Positions 18,458-27,099 of a stretch of DNA of 64,000 bases are shown here, in pieces. This stretch comes from an uncultured virus (IMG/VR IMGVR_UViG_3300028833_000080) (taxonomy: Duplodnaviria > Heunggongvirae > Uroviricota > Caudoviricetes). How positions within the stretch are numbered: position 1 is the first letter of the stretch; each line of letters begins with the position of its first letter. The stretch lies in IMG/VR virus record IMGVR_UViG_3300028833_000080; one strand, written 5' to 3'. The translations under genes and the position numbers were made by a program. The notes under the pieces are model-generated. The model had not been told where the DNA came from, searched no databases, and saw only the letters and a program-made list of their open reading frames with translations.

Positions 18458-19165
18458 TTAAATATTTCCGCATCCACAGCCTGTATTAAAACAAGGTGAG
18501 GGAACTGCATAAAAAGTATTGCTAGGATAACGAACTACAGTTTGAAGCTGGTTCTGAAGCTGTAAGTCGTTAATCTGTTGCTGCATATCAGCCATTCTGT
18601 TACCAGTAATAGCATCAAGAATCTTCTGAGTCTGAGCTGTTGTATTCGCATTGATAGCTGCAGTATTCATTGCTGCATCGTATCTATTCTGTGCAATACC
18701 TGCATTAATACCAGCAACGGAGTCAGCAATAAGCATCTTGGTACTGCAGCAGCATTCATTCTGATTAGCAATTGCTTGCTGAACACTAGTACCTACTCCA
18801 TAAATATCTCTAGCAAGCTCATCATATTTATCTCCAACATAACCAACAACATCATGATAAACTTGATTTGTTGTAGCTACACTCTGAGCGGTTCCCGCAT
18901 TAACTGCAGCTAAAATTTCTCTTTGGTTAGCCATGGAATTCTGATTGTCAAAACCTCTTTGAACTTCGTTAGAAGTTGCAAGATTTTCGTACCCAATCGC
19001 ATTGGCGAAACCATTATTTCCCCAACCAAAACCATTACCAAAACCGCCACCTGCAAGAATGAGTAAAGCAAAGATCCAAAAAAATGAAGAATCTCCCCAG
19101 CCCATTCCATCTTTACCGCTTAATAAAGCAACATCACTAGCACTAAGGGCACCATTTTCACCCAT
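18458..19165 (-). CDS. Uncharacterised protein, 235 aa: N-terminal TM segment with Gly/aromatic flanks, long coiled coil, CCC motif, Cys-rich tail
   Basis: FFWIFALLILAGGGFGNGFGWG; NECCCSTK; NTTAQTQKILDAI; CFNTGCGCG. Confidence 0.8.
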   Translation of the reverse strand: MGENGALSASDVALLSGKDGMGWGDSSFFWIFALLILAGGGFGNGFGWGNNGFANAIGYENLATSNEVQRGFDNQNSMANQREILAAVNAGTAQSVATTNQVYHDVVGYVGDKYDELARDIYGVGTSVQQAIANQNECCCSTKMLIADSVAGINAGIAQNRYDAAMNTAAINANTTAQTQKILDAITGNRMADMQQQINDLQLQNQLQTVVRYPSNTFYAVPSPCFNTGCGCGNI

Positions 19166-19179
19166 TATAAAACTCCTTT

Positions 19180-19446
19180 CTAGTTTCTTAATGAACTAAG
19201 AAATTCATCTGGGTTTATTCCATTTTGTTGAGCATAACTATAAAAAAATTGTTTTGGGGTCATTCCTGAAGAATTCATAATCTGCATTATAGATTGCAGT
19301 TTAGGATTGCTAGAAATCATAGAATTGATTAACTCATTAGGATTTGAGCTATTTAAGAATTTTTTGAATAAGTCATTATTTTTTGATGGTAATAACCCTC
19401 GGTTTGTCTGCTGATTCTTGTTCAGCTGTTGGTACAAATTGTTCAT
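19180..19446 (-). CDS. Hypothetical Asn/Gln/Met-rich helical protein, 88 aa
   Basis: AAGGAG RBS inside the upstream gene; PKQFFYSYAQQNGINP tail. Confidence 0.7.
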   Translation of the reverse strand: MNNLYQQLNKNQQTNRGLLPSKNNDLFKKFLNSSNPNELINSMISSNPKLQSIMQIMNSSGMTPKQFFYSYAQQNGINPDEFLSSLRN

Positions 19447-19801
19447 CAGTTATAAACTCCTTAATTAATGATTTTAATTCATCTTTTGTTACATATTGGG
19501 ATAAATCCAGACTATTGTTAATAGTAACTTTATCCTGCGCTGGATGCGCGGTTTCCTCCACGTAATTAAAGATTCTTAAGCTAGACATTCCGATATTATC
19601 ACTTACTTTAATATACATTTTTCCTTCCGATTCACTATCAAGCAAAATTACCATGCTATTGGGGTTTAACTGCCATGCTTTGGCTCCTTCTATACCTTGA
19701 ACCCAAACAATATTATTAGTAGAAGCTATACTAGTAGAACTAGGAATAGGATTAAAGTAGTTTCTTTGAGTGTTATTAACCATACCATTAAAATTAGTCA
19801 T
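19376..19801 (-). CDS. Hypothetical protein, 141 aa, first gene of the seven-gene operon
   Basis: WVQGIEGAKAW..LLDSE..MYIKVSDNIG..YVTKDEL; AAGGAG RBS. Confidence 0.75.
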   Translation of the reverse strand: MTNFNGMVNNTQRNYFNPIPSSTSIASTNNIVWVQGIEGAKAWQLNPNSMVILLDSESEGKMYIKVSDNIGMSSLRIFNYVEETAHPAQDKVTINNSLDLSQYVTKDELKSLIKEFITDEQFVPTAEQESADKPRVITIKK

Positions 19802-19961
19802 AGTTATAATTACTCCTTATTAAATTTTTAAAATTTGTGGGAAATTAACATTAAAGAAATAATGTTAAAAGAAAAATACAATACACTTAAGACTTGTGTA
19901 TTAAATAAGAAATTAAAAATAAAACCAATATATGCGCACTTTATTAGTTTTATCTTGATAT

Positions 19962-20003
19962 TATAATAGAAAAGTAAAGAAAGTAAATTACGAAACGTTG
20001 TCC
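19962..20003 (-). promoter_or_regulatory. Phage-specific tripartite motif, site B
   Basis: GGACAA-cgtttcg-TAA-N18-CTATTATA upstream of the seven-gene operon. Confidence 0.65.
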
Positions 20004-20079
20004 AAACTTTTTAAAAAAATTTTTGGCTGATAGTGCATTATACCTCTCATTTAAAATCTATTTATGCATAGATTACCAA

Positions 20080-20598
20080 TTAACAAAATTCAAATCCATC
20101 ATCAGTAGTTATTACTTGAGGCTGCTTCGGAGATCCACCAACCGCCGCAAAACCAATTCCTATAGCATCAGCTACATCATCATTAACTTTAATTCCAAAT
20201 TGATTTTGAACAAATTGAATATCTTTAGTCTTAAGGGCTTCCCGCTTAATTCCTCGTCCAGTATGAATTTTACATTTAGCTCGCCATTCATTAGGTAAAA
20301 AGAAAGTATGTTTTAAATTAAAATCATCGAGCTTATGCAATATGTATCCCTGTAAATAAACCAATGCTTTATAAACTTGAATATTATTATGAACATCTTC
20401 TGGATATACTTCTTCTATATAAACATGGTCAATAGTATATTTTTTAAGAATTTTATCTAATTCATCAACCATTTTATCTATTCTATGAAAAAGATTGGGG
20501 CTACCTGCATTAATACATCCATAATCCACTAATTCTTGTCCATTATATACAGAGTATCCACTATTTTTTGTAGAAAGATCTAGAGCTAAAATATACAT
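20080..20598 (-). CDS. RuvC-like Holliday junction resolvase
   Basis: ILALDLST..GYSV, VYIEE, PNEWRA and DDVADAIGIG: the RuvC acidic tetrad pattern. Confidence 0.85.
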   Translation of the reverse strand: MYILALDLSTKNSGYSVYNGQELVDYGCINAGSPNLFHRIDKMVDELDKILKKYTIDHVYIEEVYPEDVHNNIQVYKALVYLQGYILHKLDDFNLKHTFFLPNEWRAKCKIHTGRGIKREALKTKDIQFVQNQFGIKVNDDVADAIGIGFAAVGGSPKQPQVITTDDGFEFC

Positions 20599-20630
20599 CC
20601 ATTTTCTCCTTTACTTTTCTCTCTATATAT

Positions 20631-20660
20631 ATTATACCATACTTGTTTAAGATTTGTCAA
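20631..20660 (-). promoter_or_regulatory. SigA promoter for the resolvase
   Basis: TTGACA-N18-TATAAT with extended TG. Confidence 0.8.
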
Positions 20661-20690
20661 GTATTTTTTAAAATTTTTATATAAAAAATA

Positions 20691-20720
20691 TTTATATTCT
20701 TTAAAAAATTATGTTATAAT
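20691..20720 (+). promoter_or_regulatory. Extended -10 SigA-type promoter pointing into ORF-free DNA
   Basis: AAAAAATTATGTTATAAT, identical to the -10 region of the dnaE promoter; weak -35 (TTTATA/TTATAT). Confidence 0.65.
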
Positions 20721-20726
20721 ATATAT

Positions 20727-20908
20727 ATGTAATAAAAATATAAGTTATTCAAAATATCTTTTCTACAAGATATTCTAACTTAATTCTATTTTATTTTCTG
20801 AAACCAAAACTTTCATTCTTATCTATTGTAGAAAGGTTCTTTTGGTTTGTGATGCTATTTTTTTAAAAGAGTTACTATTTTATACATATTTATAAAATAG
20901 TAACTCTT
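20727..20908 (+). ncRNA. Candidate structured small RNA
   Basis: Promoter upstream, no ORF or RBS; 15-bp long-range stem, 9-bp loop-tail pairing and an 18-bp terminal hairpin. Confidence 0.45.
20867..20908. terminator. Perfect 18-bp inverted repeat ending the tail operon
   Basis: AAGAGTTACTATTTTATA-catatt-TATAAAATAGTAACTCTT; U tracts are short. Confidence 0.6.
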
Positions 20909-20923
20909 AAAAAATTAAAATTA

Positions 20924-21118
20924 TTATTCTTCTGATTCTATATCAGATTCTCTATTAGGATATACAGTTCCATCATTATCAAAATAATACCCATCGTTAA
21001 CTACTTTAATCTGAGTTTTATTTTTCCAAGTATTAGGAACGTCATTAATAGACCATACTTCATTTGTCTTAACATTAATATCTCTTTCTTCGAGATGACG
21101 TGCGTATTTATTAACCAT
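20924..21118 (-). CDS. Small tail-module protein, 64 aa (CD1375/XkdX-like position)
   Basis: WSINDVPNTWK motif; follows the fibre-associated gene; AGGAGG RBS. Confidence 0.6.
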   Translation of the reverse strand: MVNKYARHLEERDINVKTNEVWSINDVPNTWKNKTQIKVVNDGYYFDNDGTVYPNRESDIESEE

Positions 21119-21539
21119 TAATAGTACCTCCTTTTAACTTGTGAATTTCTTGCAATAATTCATCAACAAGTTCTGCTAAATCATCTATTGCACTTGAGTT
21201 AGTATCTATAATTTCAGCAAGTTCATCAATAGCTTGCGAATCAGAATCTTCTAATTCCGCAACATCACAAACGGCTACATCATTTTCTTCAATTCCTTCG
21301 GTATTTATATCTACTTGTTTACCTACGTTATTAAAAGCTTCAAGATTAGCAGAAGGCACATAAGGAGTCATCATAATAACAGATCCGTCTTGAACTGTTA
21401 CCTTGTAGCAACAAATTTTTGCGGTACTCCATCCGTTAAAGGGATTAGCATCATCATTAATCTCTAAGGCTGTTAAGGAAGAATCACTCGTGGTATTTAC
21501 AGCCTTTATTTTGTTTTCACTATCTACATATACTATCAT
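21111..21539 (-). CDS. Tail fibre-associated or chaperone-like protein, 142 aa
   Basis: Directly after the receptor-binding protein; C-terminal AIDELAE/AIDDLAE coiled-coil repeats. Confidence 0.6.
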   Translation of the reverse strand: MIVYVDSENKIKAVNTTSDSSLTALEINDDANPFNGWSTAKICCYKVTVQDGSVIMMTPYVPSANLEAFNNVGKQVDINTEGIEENDVAVCDVAELEDSDSQAIDELAEIIDTNSSAIDDLAELVDELLQEIHKLKGGTING

Positions 21540-21552
21540 GTGTTAATCCTCC

Positions 21553-24063
21553 TTATTCTAACCACAATTCACTAATAGTGCCTAAGCAATGTGCTGAACC
21601 AGTATTATTACCTGCATAAATTCCAACATATTTGCTTGTATTGAATGAAGCAACTGATAATGCCAAGTTATTTTTACTAACAGGAGGGGCTATATCAACA
21701 TATGCTTCAATGCCGTGTGATGCATACGAAGGTCTAGCATTTGGCCCAACAGTTAGTTCTACAGTGGCAACCCACTGTTCACCTGCAACAGCCCTTAATA
21801 TACTATGATTGGTTAAATCAACACTAGCCAAAGCACTTGCGGCTCTTTGAGATGAGGCAGGGATTTCAATATAAATCTCATCATTCGCTTCTTCTGATAC
21901 ACTTCCGCTACCAACAGTGTTGTAAATAAATTCTTCCAACTCCACACCGTGGTCATACAGCCATTTACTACCATCATTGGCAAATTCTTTTTCGGAGTAG
22001 TCTTTGCCGTAGAATTGGAGAGTTTTAACAGCATTATTTATAACGGTACCGTGGTCTGCAACAATCTTAAACCTAAAACCCGTATAGGCAACGTTGCTGT
22101 CAACATCTTTCTTTTGTAGTGATGCCACATTCTCAAAAGTTAAATCAGCAATCTTCGTTGCATTTTGGTTTTGTACTCCGTAGATTTCAACATCTTTAAA
22201 GCAGTTATCAACTCCGTATCCCATTGCATAGAGCTGTGTTAGCCTTACAGGACGTTTAAAATCATACTGAACCCATTGACCTACACCACCATCTTTAAAC
22301 CAATAAGTACTATTGTTCCCATCAAAAGCTTTATATGCCTCATAACCGCTATCAGCCACACTAGCACTAGCTTCCCCGTAAGGAGCGGTGTTAGAAGTCA
22401 TAGTAGGTACTGATACTTTGAGTTCTCTGCCATAGAATTGGAGTTCTGTAACGGATGTATAACTAGCACCTGTGTTTAACTTTTCAGTTTCAACAAGTTC
22501 ATACTGCAAATAGTAGTTATTTGTTGTTAATGAAATCTCTATTTCTTCGGCAGTTCCTGTCCCTGTAAATTCTGCTGATACAGTATCCCAAGTAGAGCCA
22601 TCATTAGATGCCTTAATTACATACTTATTGTTATCAGCTTGATAGATTGTTGCTTTTTTGGCTTTTACGGGATTTGCAAATTTGTACCTAAGATAGTTAT
22701 TTACAGCATTTGTAAATGCAGCATGTGTAGAAGTATCTCCGTCAAACGCTTTATAAGCAGGTGCTGAACTATGAGGACTAACTGCACTAGCTTCCCCATA
22801 AGGAGCAGTATCCGAAGTCATAACAGGTACATTGCCTTTAGGCTTCCACTCATCATCCTCATAGACTAATTCACCATAGCCGTATAAACCTGCTTCATCC
22901 ATGGCATCCTTTATGGCTGAATTAGCCTCCATGTTATCAAGAGCATAATCTCTAAGGTTTACCCACTTAGCAAATAAACCTGTATTGATTATTGTCTCTA
23001 AGTCGTTGTTTACACTTGCAAACTCACACATATAATCAACAGCGGCATGAATGGTACAAAGCCTTCTTATATCCTCCTGATTGGCAAGTAAATCAGCAAG
23101 GCTGTTATACTTATTGATAGGTAAGCCACCTGCTACCACCCACTGTCTCCACGTAAATCCTTCATGAAGTATGATGTGGTAAAGACCAAAGTATTCTACT
23201 CTGAAGTTCTCGCTATACTGTTGTCCTTCGTGTGTCCATGCTATTGTCCAGTCTCCAAGGTTTTTAACATCAATCTCAACTTCGCCTGTATTATCGAGGG
23301 TTACTGTATAACTCTCGGGTGTATGACCCTCTGCGCTAGCTTCGTGGTATATTGTTATAGTTATCCCTGCCATCTCATTAGGGTCATAATCAATTAAAAT
23401 TTCTGACCCACTAAGTAATGAATTAATTTTAGCTGTAATAATTCTATTTTGAACTGGATTTGTAGAAGTAAGCGAAAGAGCATCATCTACTTCAACTCCA
23501 TTAAAATCATCGGTTAAATCATAAGTTCTATACTGCGCTTTTTCAGTATCAGTTAAAGCATTCCATTCTGCTACTGTACCAATAAAATTATCATCTTTTC
23601 CAGCGTTTGCTAAAGCTGCATAAATACCACCAGAAGTAACTGGTTTAATACTATTTTCAGTAGGTGTGGTATCCCAACGACCAGGTTGAGTCATGTAAGT
23701 ATCTATCTTACCATTTAATGCGTTTGTTATAACTTTATTCTGAACTGGTTTTGTACTTGTTGTGTTTAATGAACTATCTGCTTGAATAGCGTTATAAACA
23801 CCGCCTGACTTTACTCCATTTTGACTACCTTGAGTAGGAACATCATCAAGAACAATAGGATCATCCATATGATCTTCAATATTTTTTAAGGTAGAAGATA
23901 AACTCTCTACTGTATCAGTAGGTTGCTTTTGAGATAAGTCAGTGACAATTTCGCCTTGAGCATTTCTTGTTACATCTACATACTGAGCTTCTGCTCCGAT
24001 ATCTCTACTAGAAGAACTACTTCCAGAAGGATTCTGTATTCTAATTTTCTTTGTAACACTCAT
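21553..24063 (-). CDS. Receptor-binding tail fibre with two tandem discoidin (F5/8 type C)-like carbohydrate-binding domains
   Basis: N-terminal STxPVQNxVIT fibre repeats; duplicated VPxMTSxTAPYGEASA...AYKAFDG...LQFYG domains. Confidence 0.75.
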   Translation of the reverse strand: MSVTKKIRIQNPSGSSSSSRDIGAEAQYVDVTRNAQGEIVTDLSQKQPTDTVESLSSTLKNIEDHMDDPIVLDDVPTQGSQNGVKSGGVYNAIQADSSLNTTSTKPVQNKVITNALNGKIDTYMTQPGRWDTTPTENSIKPVTSGGIYAALANAGKDDNFIGTVAEWNALTDTEKAQYRTYDLTDDFNGVEVDDALSLTSTNPVQNRIITAKINSLLSGSEILIDYDPNEMAGITITIYHEASAEGHTPESYTVTLDNTGEVEIDVKNLGDWTIAWTHEGQQYSENFRVEYFGLYHIILHEGFTWRQWVVAGGLPINKYNSLADLLANQEDIRRLCTIHAAVDYMCEFASVNNDLETIINTGLFAKWVNLRDYALDNMEANSAIKDAMDEAGLYGYGELVYEDDEWKPKGNVPVMTSDTAPYGEASAVSPHSSAPAYKAFDGDTSTHAAFTNAVNNYLRYKFANPVKAKKATIYQADNNKYVIKASNDGSTWDTVSAEFTGTGTAEEIEISLTTNNYYLQYELVETEKLNTGASYTSVTELQFYGRELKVSVPTMTSNTAPYGEASASVADSGYEAYKAFDGNNSTYWFKDGGVGQWVQYDFKRPVRLTQLYAMGYGVDNCFKDVEIYGVQNQNATKIADLTFENVASLQKKDVDSNVAYTGFRFKIVADHGTVINNAVKTLQFYGKDYSEKEFANDGSKWLYDHGVELEEFIYNTVGSGSVSEEANDEIYIEIPASSQRAASALASVDLTNHSILRAVAGEQWVATVELTVGPNARPSYASHGIEAYVDIAPPVSKNNLALSVASFNTSKYVGIYAGNNTGSAHCLGTISELWLE

Positions 24064-24086
24064 CTCTTAACTCCTTTTCATCTAAA

Positions 24087-24716
24087 TTATGGATTTAGTG
24101 CATTAACAACTTTTTTACGCACTATTAATTTACCATTATCATCATATTTTTTGGTTGTATACTTTGTTAAAATTAATTGTGGAGTTTCATTTTTCTTAAT
24201 AAAATAAAGCTCATCTTTTCTTGAATTAAGAAAACCACTATTAGCATGAATTTGAAGGTCATCATTACTATCCCATTCAAAAATTTCATCATTAATTAAA
24301 TAAAGCATTTCTTCATCAGGATAATCTATACTACCATCACCAAAAATAGCATCTTCTACACTGTTTGCAAAAACAGTATCATCACCTTCAAAATAATAAT
24401 TTCCAGCTCCACCTGTGTTTTTATAAATTGTAGTTATTAATTTATAATATTCTGTTCGATCTTGTATATCAACTTCTTCTGAAGCATCTATATCAGTAAT
24501 ACAAAAGCTCTTTTCAATAATATAGTTTCCTTGAGCATCTTCATACATTTCTGTATAACTATCAGTACCAACCGCATATTGCTCTTCTAAATTATTTACT
24601 GCACTATTACGCAAAGCACCAACAAAGCGCTGTTCTGCACCTAGCCAAGAGATAGGCTCAGTAAAGCCCGAATTGCCTTTGCGTCTTAAATATCTAATTA
24701 CTTGACCTGTAGCCAT
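24087..24716 (-). CDS. Putative tail-associated protein, 209 aa
   Basis: In the tail module; acidic and beta-rich; AAGGAG RBS. Confidence 0.55.
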   Translation of the reverse strand: MATGQVIRYLRRKGNSGFTEPISWLGAEQRFVGALRNSAVNNLEEQYAVGTDSYTEMYEDAQGNYIIEKSFCITDIDASEEVDIQDRTEYYKLITTIYKNTGGAGNYYFEGDDTVFANSVEDAIFGDGSIDYPDEEMLYLINDEIFEWDSNDDLQIHANSGFLNSRKDELYFIKKNETPQLILTKYTTKKYDDNGKLIVRKKVVNALNP

Positions 24717-24754
24717 ATCCTTTTACTCCTTTGCAAAGATTTTTATTTACTAAT

Positions 24755-24796
24755 ATTATTTTAAAACTATATTGACTATATTACTTAATTTTGACC
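24755..24796 (-). promoter_or_regulatory. Phage-specific tripartite motif, site C
   Basis: GGTCAA-aattaag-TAA-N18-AAAATAAT, immediately after a terminator. Confidence 0.7.
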
Positions 24797-24827
24797 AAAA
24801 GAAAAGAGAGGGAATTACTTCCCTCTC
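24797..24827 (-). terminator. Rho-independent terminator
   Basis: GAGAGGGAA/TTCCCTCTC stem plus U tract on the minus strand. Confidence 0.8.
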
Positions 24828-24834
24828 AAAATTT

Positions 24835-27084
24835 TTATTCAGCAAAATAAGCTGTTTCAGTTGCAAACCAAAATCCATTTTCCTTTAATGTATTCATAAC
24901 ACTTGCGGGCGGGAGGTGGGTGTCTCCCACAGCATCAGACTTAGTAATAATTGACTCGGGTGAAACTGCCTCTGGATTAATCGATCCAATCGGATACCAT
25001 ATTCTATCATTATAATCAAAACAATAGATAGTTGAAGTTGAAGAACCAACTGGAGTAATTGTAACAGCCCATCCAGCACCTTCAGGATTAATATAAGTTC
25101 CATGAGAATCCGTTAACTGTTCAGGCGGGATCCAGGTGCCGGAACCATCAGGTTCAGTATTAAGATCATTAACGCTAGCAACATCTTCTAATATATGAAG
25201 ACCGCCGCTATCTCCTCTTACATCTCCTAAATCAACCCATTGAGTCCAAACTTCATTGGGGTACTTCCCGCTAGGATACGTAACCCATTTACTAGAGAAG
25301 GTTTGTCTCAAGGCGGGATCCGCATAATAAACCAACAAATGTGAGTAAGGAGCATCAGGATAATTTACACTTGGGACAGAGATTGTTGTTTCAATAATAT
25401 AGTTAAGCGGATTTCCAATAATTTCTTCTCTTCCACTATTAAAGGTCAAATGAATTCTTTGATCACCAGTACCCTCTTTCTGTAATATTGGATCTTCTGT
25501 TTCAATTTCAGCGTCAGAAAAATATTCTATAACATTATCAAATTGATAAGCAGGATAATCATGGTTGGTATTATAATAAAACTTTAAAGTACCAGTATTA
25601 TCTAATTCAACATGATCTACCCAGTCTAATGTAGTATAATACCTACCGCCGCTTATTTTATCATTATTAAATAATACTACAAAGTCTCCTTGCTGACTTA
25701 ATGAAATATCATTAATCCAAGTCAAAGCTTTTGGTAAACTAGCTGAAGGTTGTCCATTAGTATAATAAACAGTAATAGTACCCTCCGCATCCATTACCAT
25801 TCTATAAATATTATTAAAATCACCTAAATCATGATATGTTATTTCTCCAGTTTGCTGATTATCATAAGAGGTTTCTTTATATCTTAAAATATCTCCATAA
25901 CAATCTTCTTTTTTAACATACAACTCAATTCCATTGTAATTAACTTTACAAGAAATAACACTATCATCTGCATCATATATTTTAGGGTCAGTAGGTAAAT
26001 AAATATGACCCTCTTGCTCTCTTAATACTGTTGTTTCATTCGGTAAAACACCTTGAGCACTACCTACGTTATAAGGAACAGTACAATCAACATCTGTCCA
26101 AAGTGAAGCACCAGGGAACCCAGCCTGTTTATAATTCTTAGGCATTGTTTTAGTGTGAACTTTTTCCAAATCTGTTACATTCACACCATGATAACCTCTA
26201 GGTACTTTAATTTTCCACTTTTGATAAAAAGGATGTAACCACTGCCCGCCCTGATACTGGGTAGGATCTTCCTCAATCAAATCTGTGCTAACACCCGTAA
26301 CTGGATCTCTATGATAATAAGGACTAACAGACTCTGCATCAAAATCCTCTACCAATGTAGGAGTTTTAAAACCAATTACACAACCTTTAACTGTACCAAA
26401 TTCATCAAGGAAATTAGCGGAAACAAGTTGAATATTATCATTAGCTACACCATCTTTATAACCAGGCACAATATCTAAATTAGCTTGATTATAAGTGATA
26501 GTCTGAACATTAGCATATTGACTCTGATCTTGAATAATTTGTTCATAGTGGTCCATTCCTAACTCTGGAGTAGAACCCTGAGGACCTACTATTTGACCAA
26601 TATATTCGGCGCCTGCTAATGAATTATTTTCATTTCTATCAAAATTCATCCCTCTACGATAAACTTTACCATTTTCAGGATTATTTTTATCTGGGGTATC
26701 TATAATAACATATTCACCATAATTAACAATATCAGTAGTTTCTCCACCTCTTTCAAAGCATTGAATCATACCTTCTGCTAATACGGTATCTAAAACTTGC
26801 TGACTAGTAGCACCAGTTCCCGCCTTATCAGGTTTTGTATCTACTGTACTACCATTTAAAGCTTGCTGTTTCCATCTATAATTTAAATAGTTATGTTCAT
26901 CTCTGATTATAAAACATTGATTAACAGTATCATAAATAAAAAACTGTCCATCATCTGTGGTTGCTAAATATTTAATTTTATAAACCTCAGACCCAGAAAC
27001 TTGAGGAATATCAATTCCGTCAAATTGTTTTACAATCACGAATGATGCGCCCATACGGCCACCATAAAATGACTCCATTCCCAC
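24835..27084 (-). CDS. Putative tail fibre/baseplate protein, 749 aa
   Basis: Tail module position; IVGPQG and LGDVRGDSG fibre-like motifs; internal beta repeats. Confidence 0.6.
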   Translation of the reverse strand: MGMESFYGGRMGASFVIVKQFDGIDIPQVSGSEVYKIKYLATTDDGQFFIYDTVNQCFIIRDEHNYLNYRWKQQALNGSTVDTKPDKAGTGATSQQVLDTVLAEGMIQCFERGGETTDIVNYGEYVIIDTPDKNNPENGKVYRRGMNFDRNENNSLAGAEYIGQIVGPQGSTPELGMDHYEQIIQDQSQYANVQTITYNQANLDIVPGYKDGVANDNIQLVSANFLDEFGTVKGCVIGFKTPTLVEDFDAESVSPYYHRDPVTGVSTDLIEEDPTQYQGGQWLHPFYQKWKIKVPRGYHGVNVTDLEKVHTKTMPKNYKQAGFPGASLWTDVDCTVPYNVGSAQGVLPNETTVLREQEGHIYLPTDPKIYDADDSVISCKVNYNGIELYVKKEDCYGDILRYKETSYDNQQTGEITYHDLGDFNNIYRMVMDAEGTITVYYTNGQPSASLPKALTWINDISLSQQGDFVVLFNNDKISGGRYYTTLDWVDHVELDNTGTLKFYYNTNHDYPAYQFDNVIEYFSDAEIETEDPILQKEGTGDQRIHLTFNSGREEIIGNPLNYIIETTISVPSVNYPDAPYSHLLVYYADPALRQTFSSKWVTYPSGKYPNEVWTQWVDLGDVRGDSGGLHILEDVASVNDLNTEPDGSGTWIPPEQLTDSHGTYINPEGAGWAVTITPVGSSTSTIYCFDYNDRIWYPIGSINPEAVSPESIITKSDAVGDTHLPPASVMNTLKENGFWFATETAYFAE

Positions 27085-27099
27085 GTCTATTCCTCCTTT

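Noticed and set aside
20757..20836. TTTCTAC...GTAGA resembles a Cas12a repeat stem, next to a RuvC-fold gene
   Set aside because: The arms are about 60 nt apart, there is one copy and no spacers. The 172-aa protein is a compact resolvase with no room for RNA-guide domains.
21553..24063. Diversity-generating retroelement target in the receptor-binding gene
   Set aside because: No reverse transcriptase in the window and no template/variable repeat pair differing only at adenines. The internal repeats are domain duplications.
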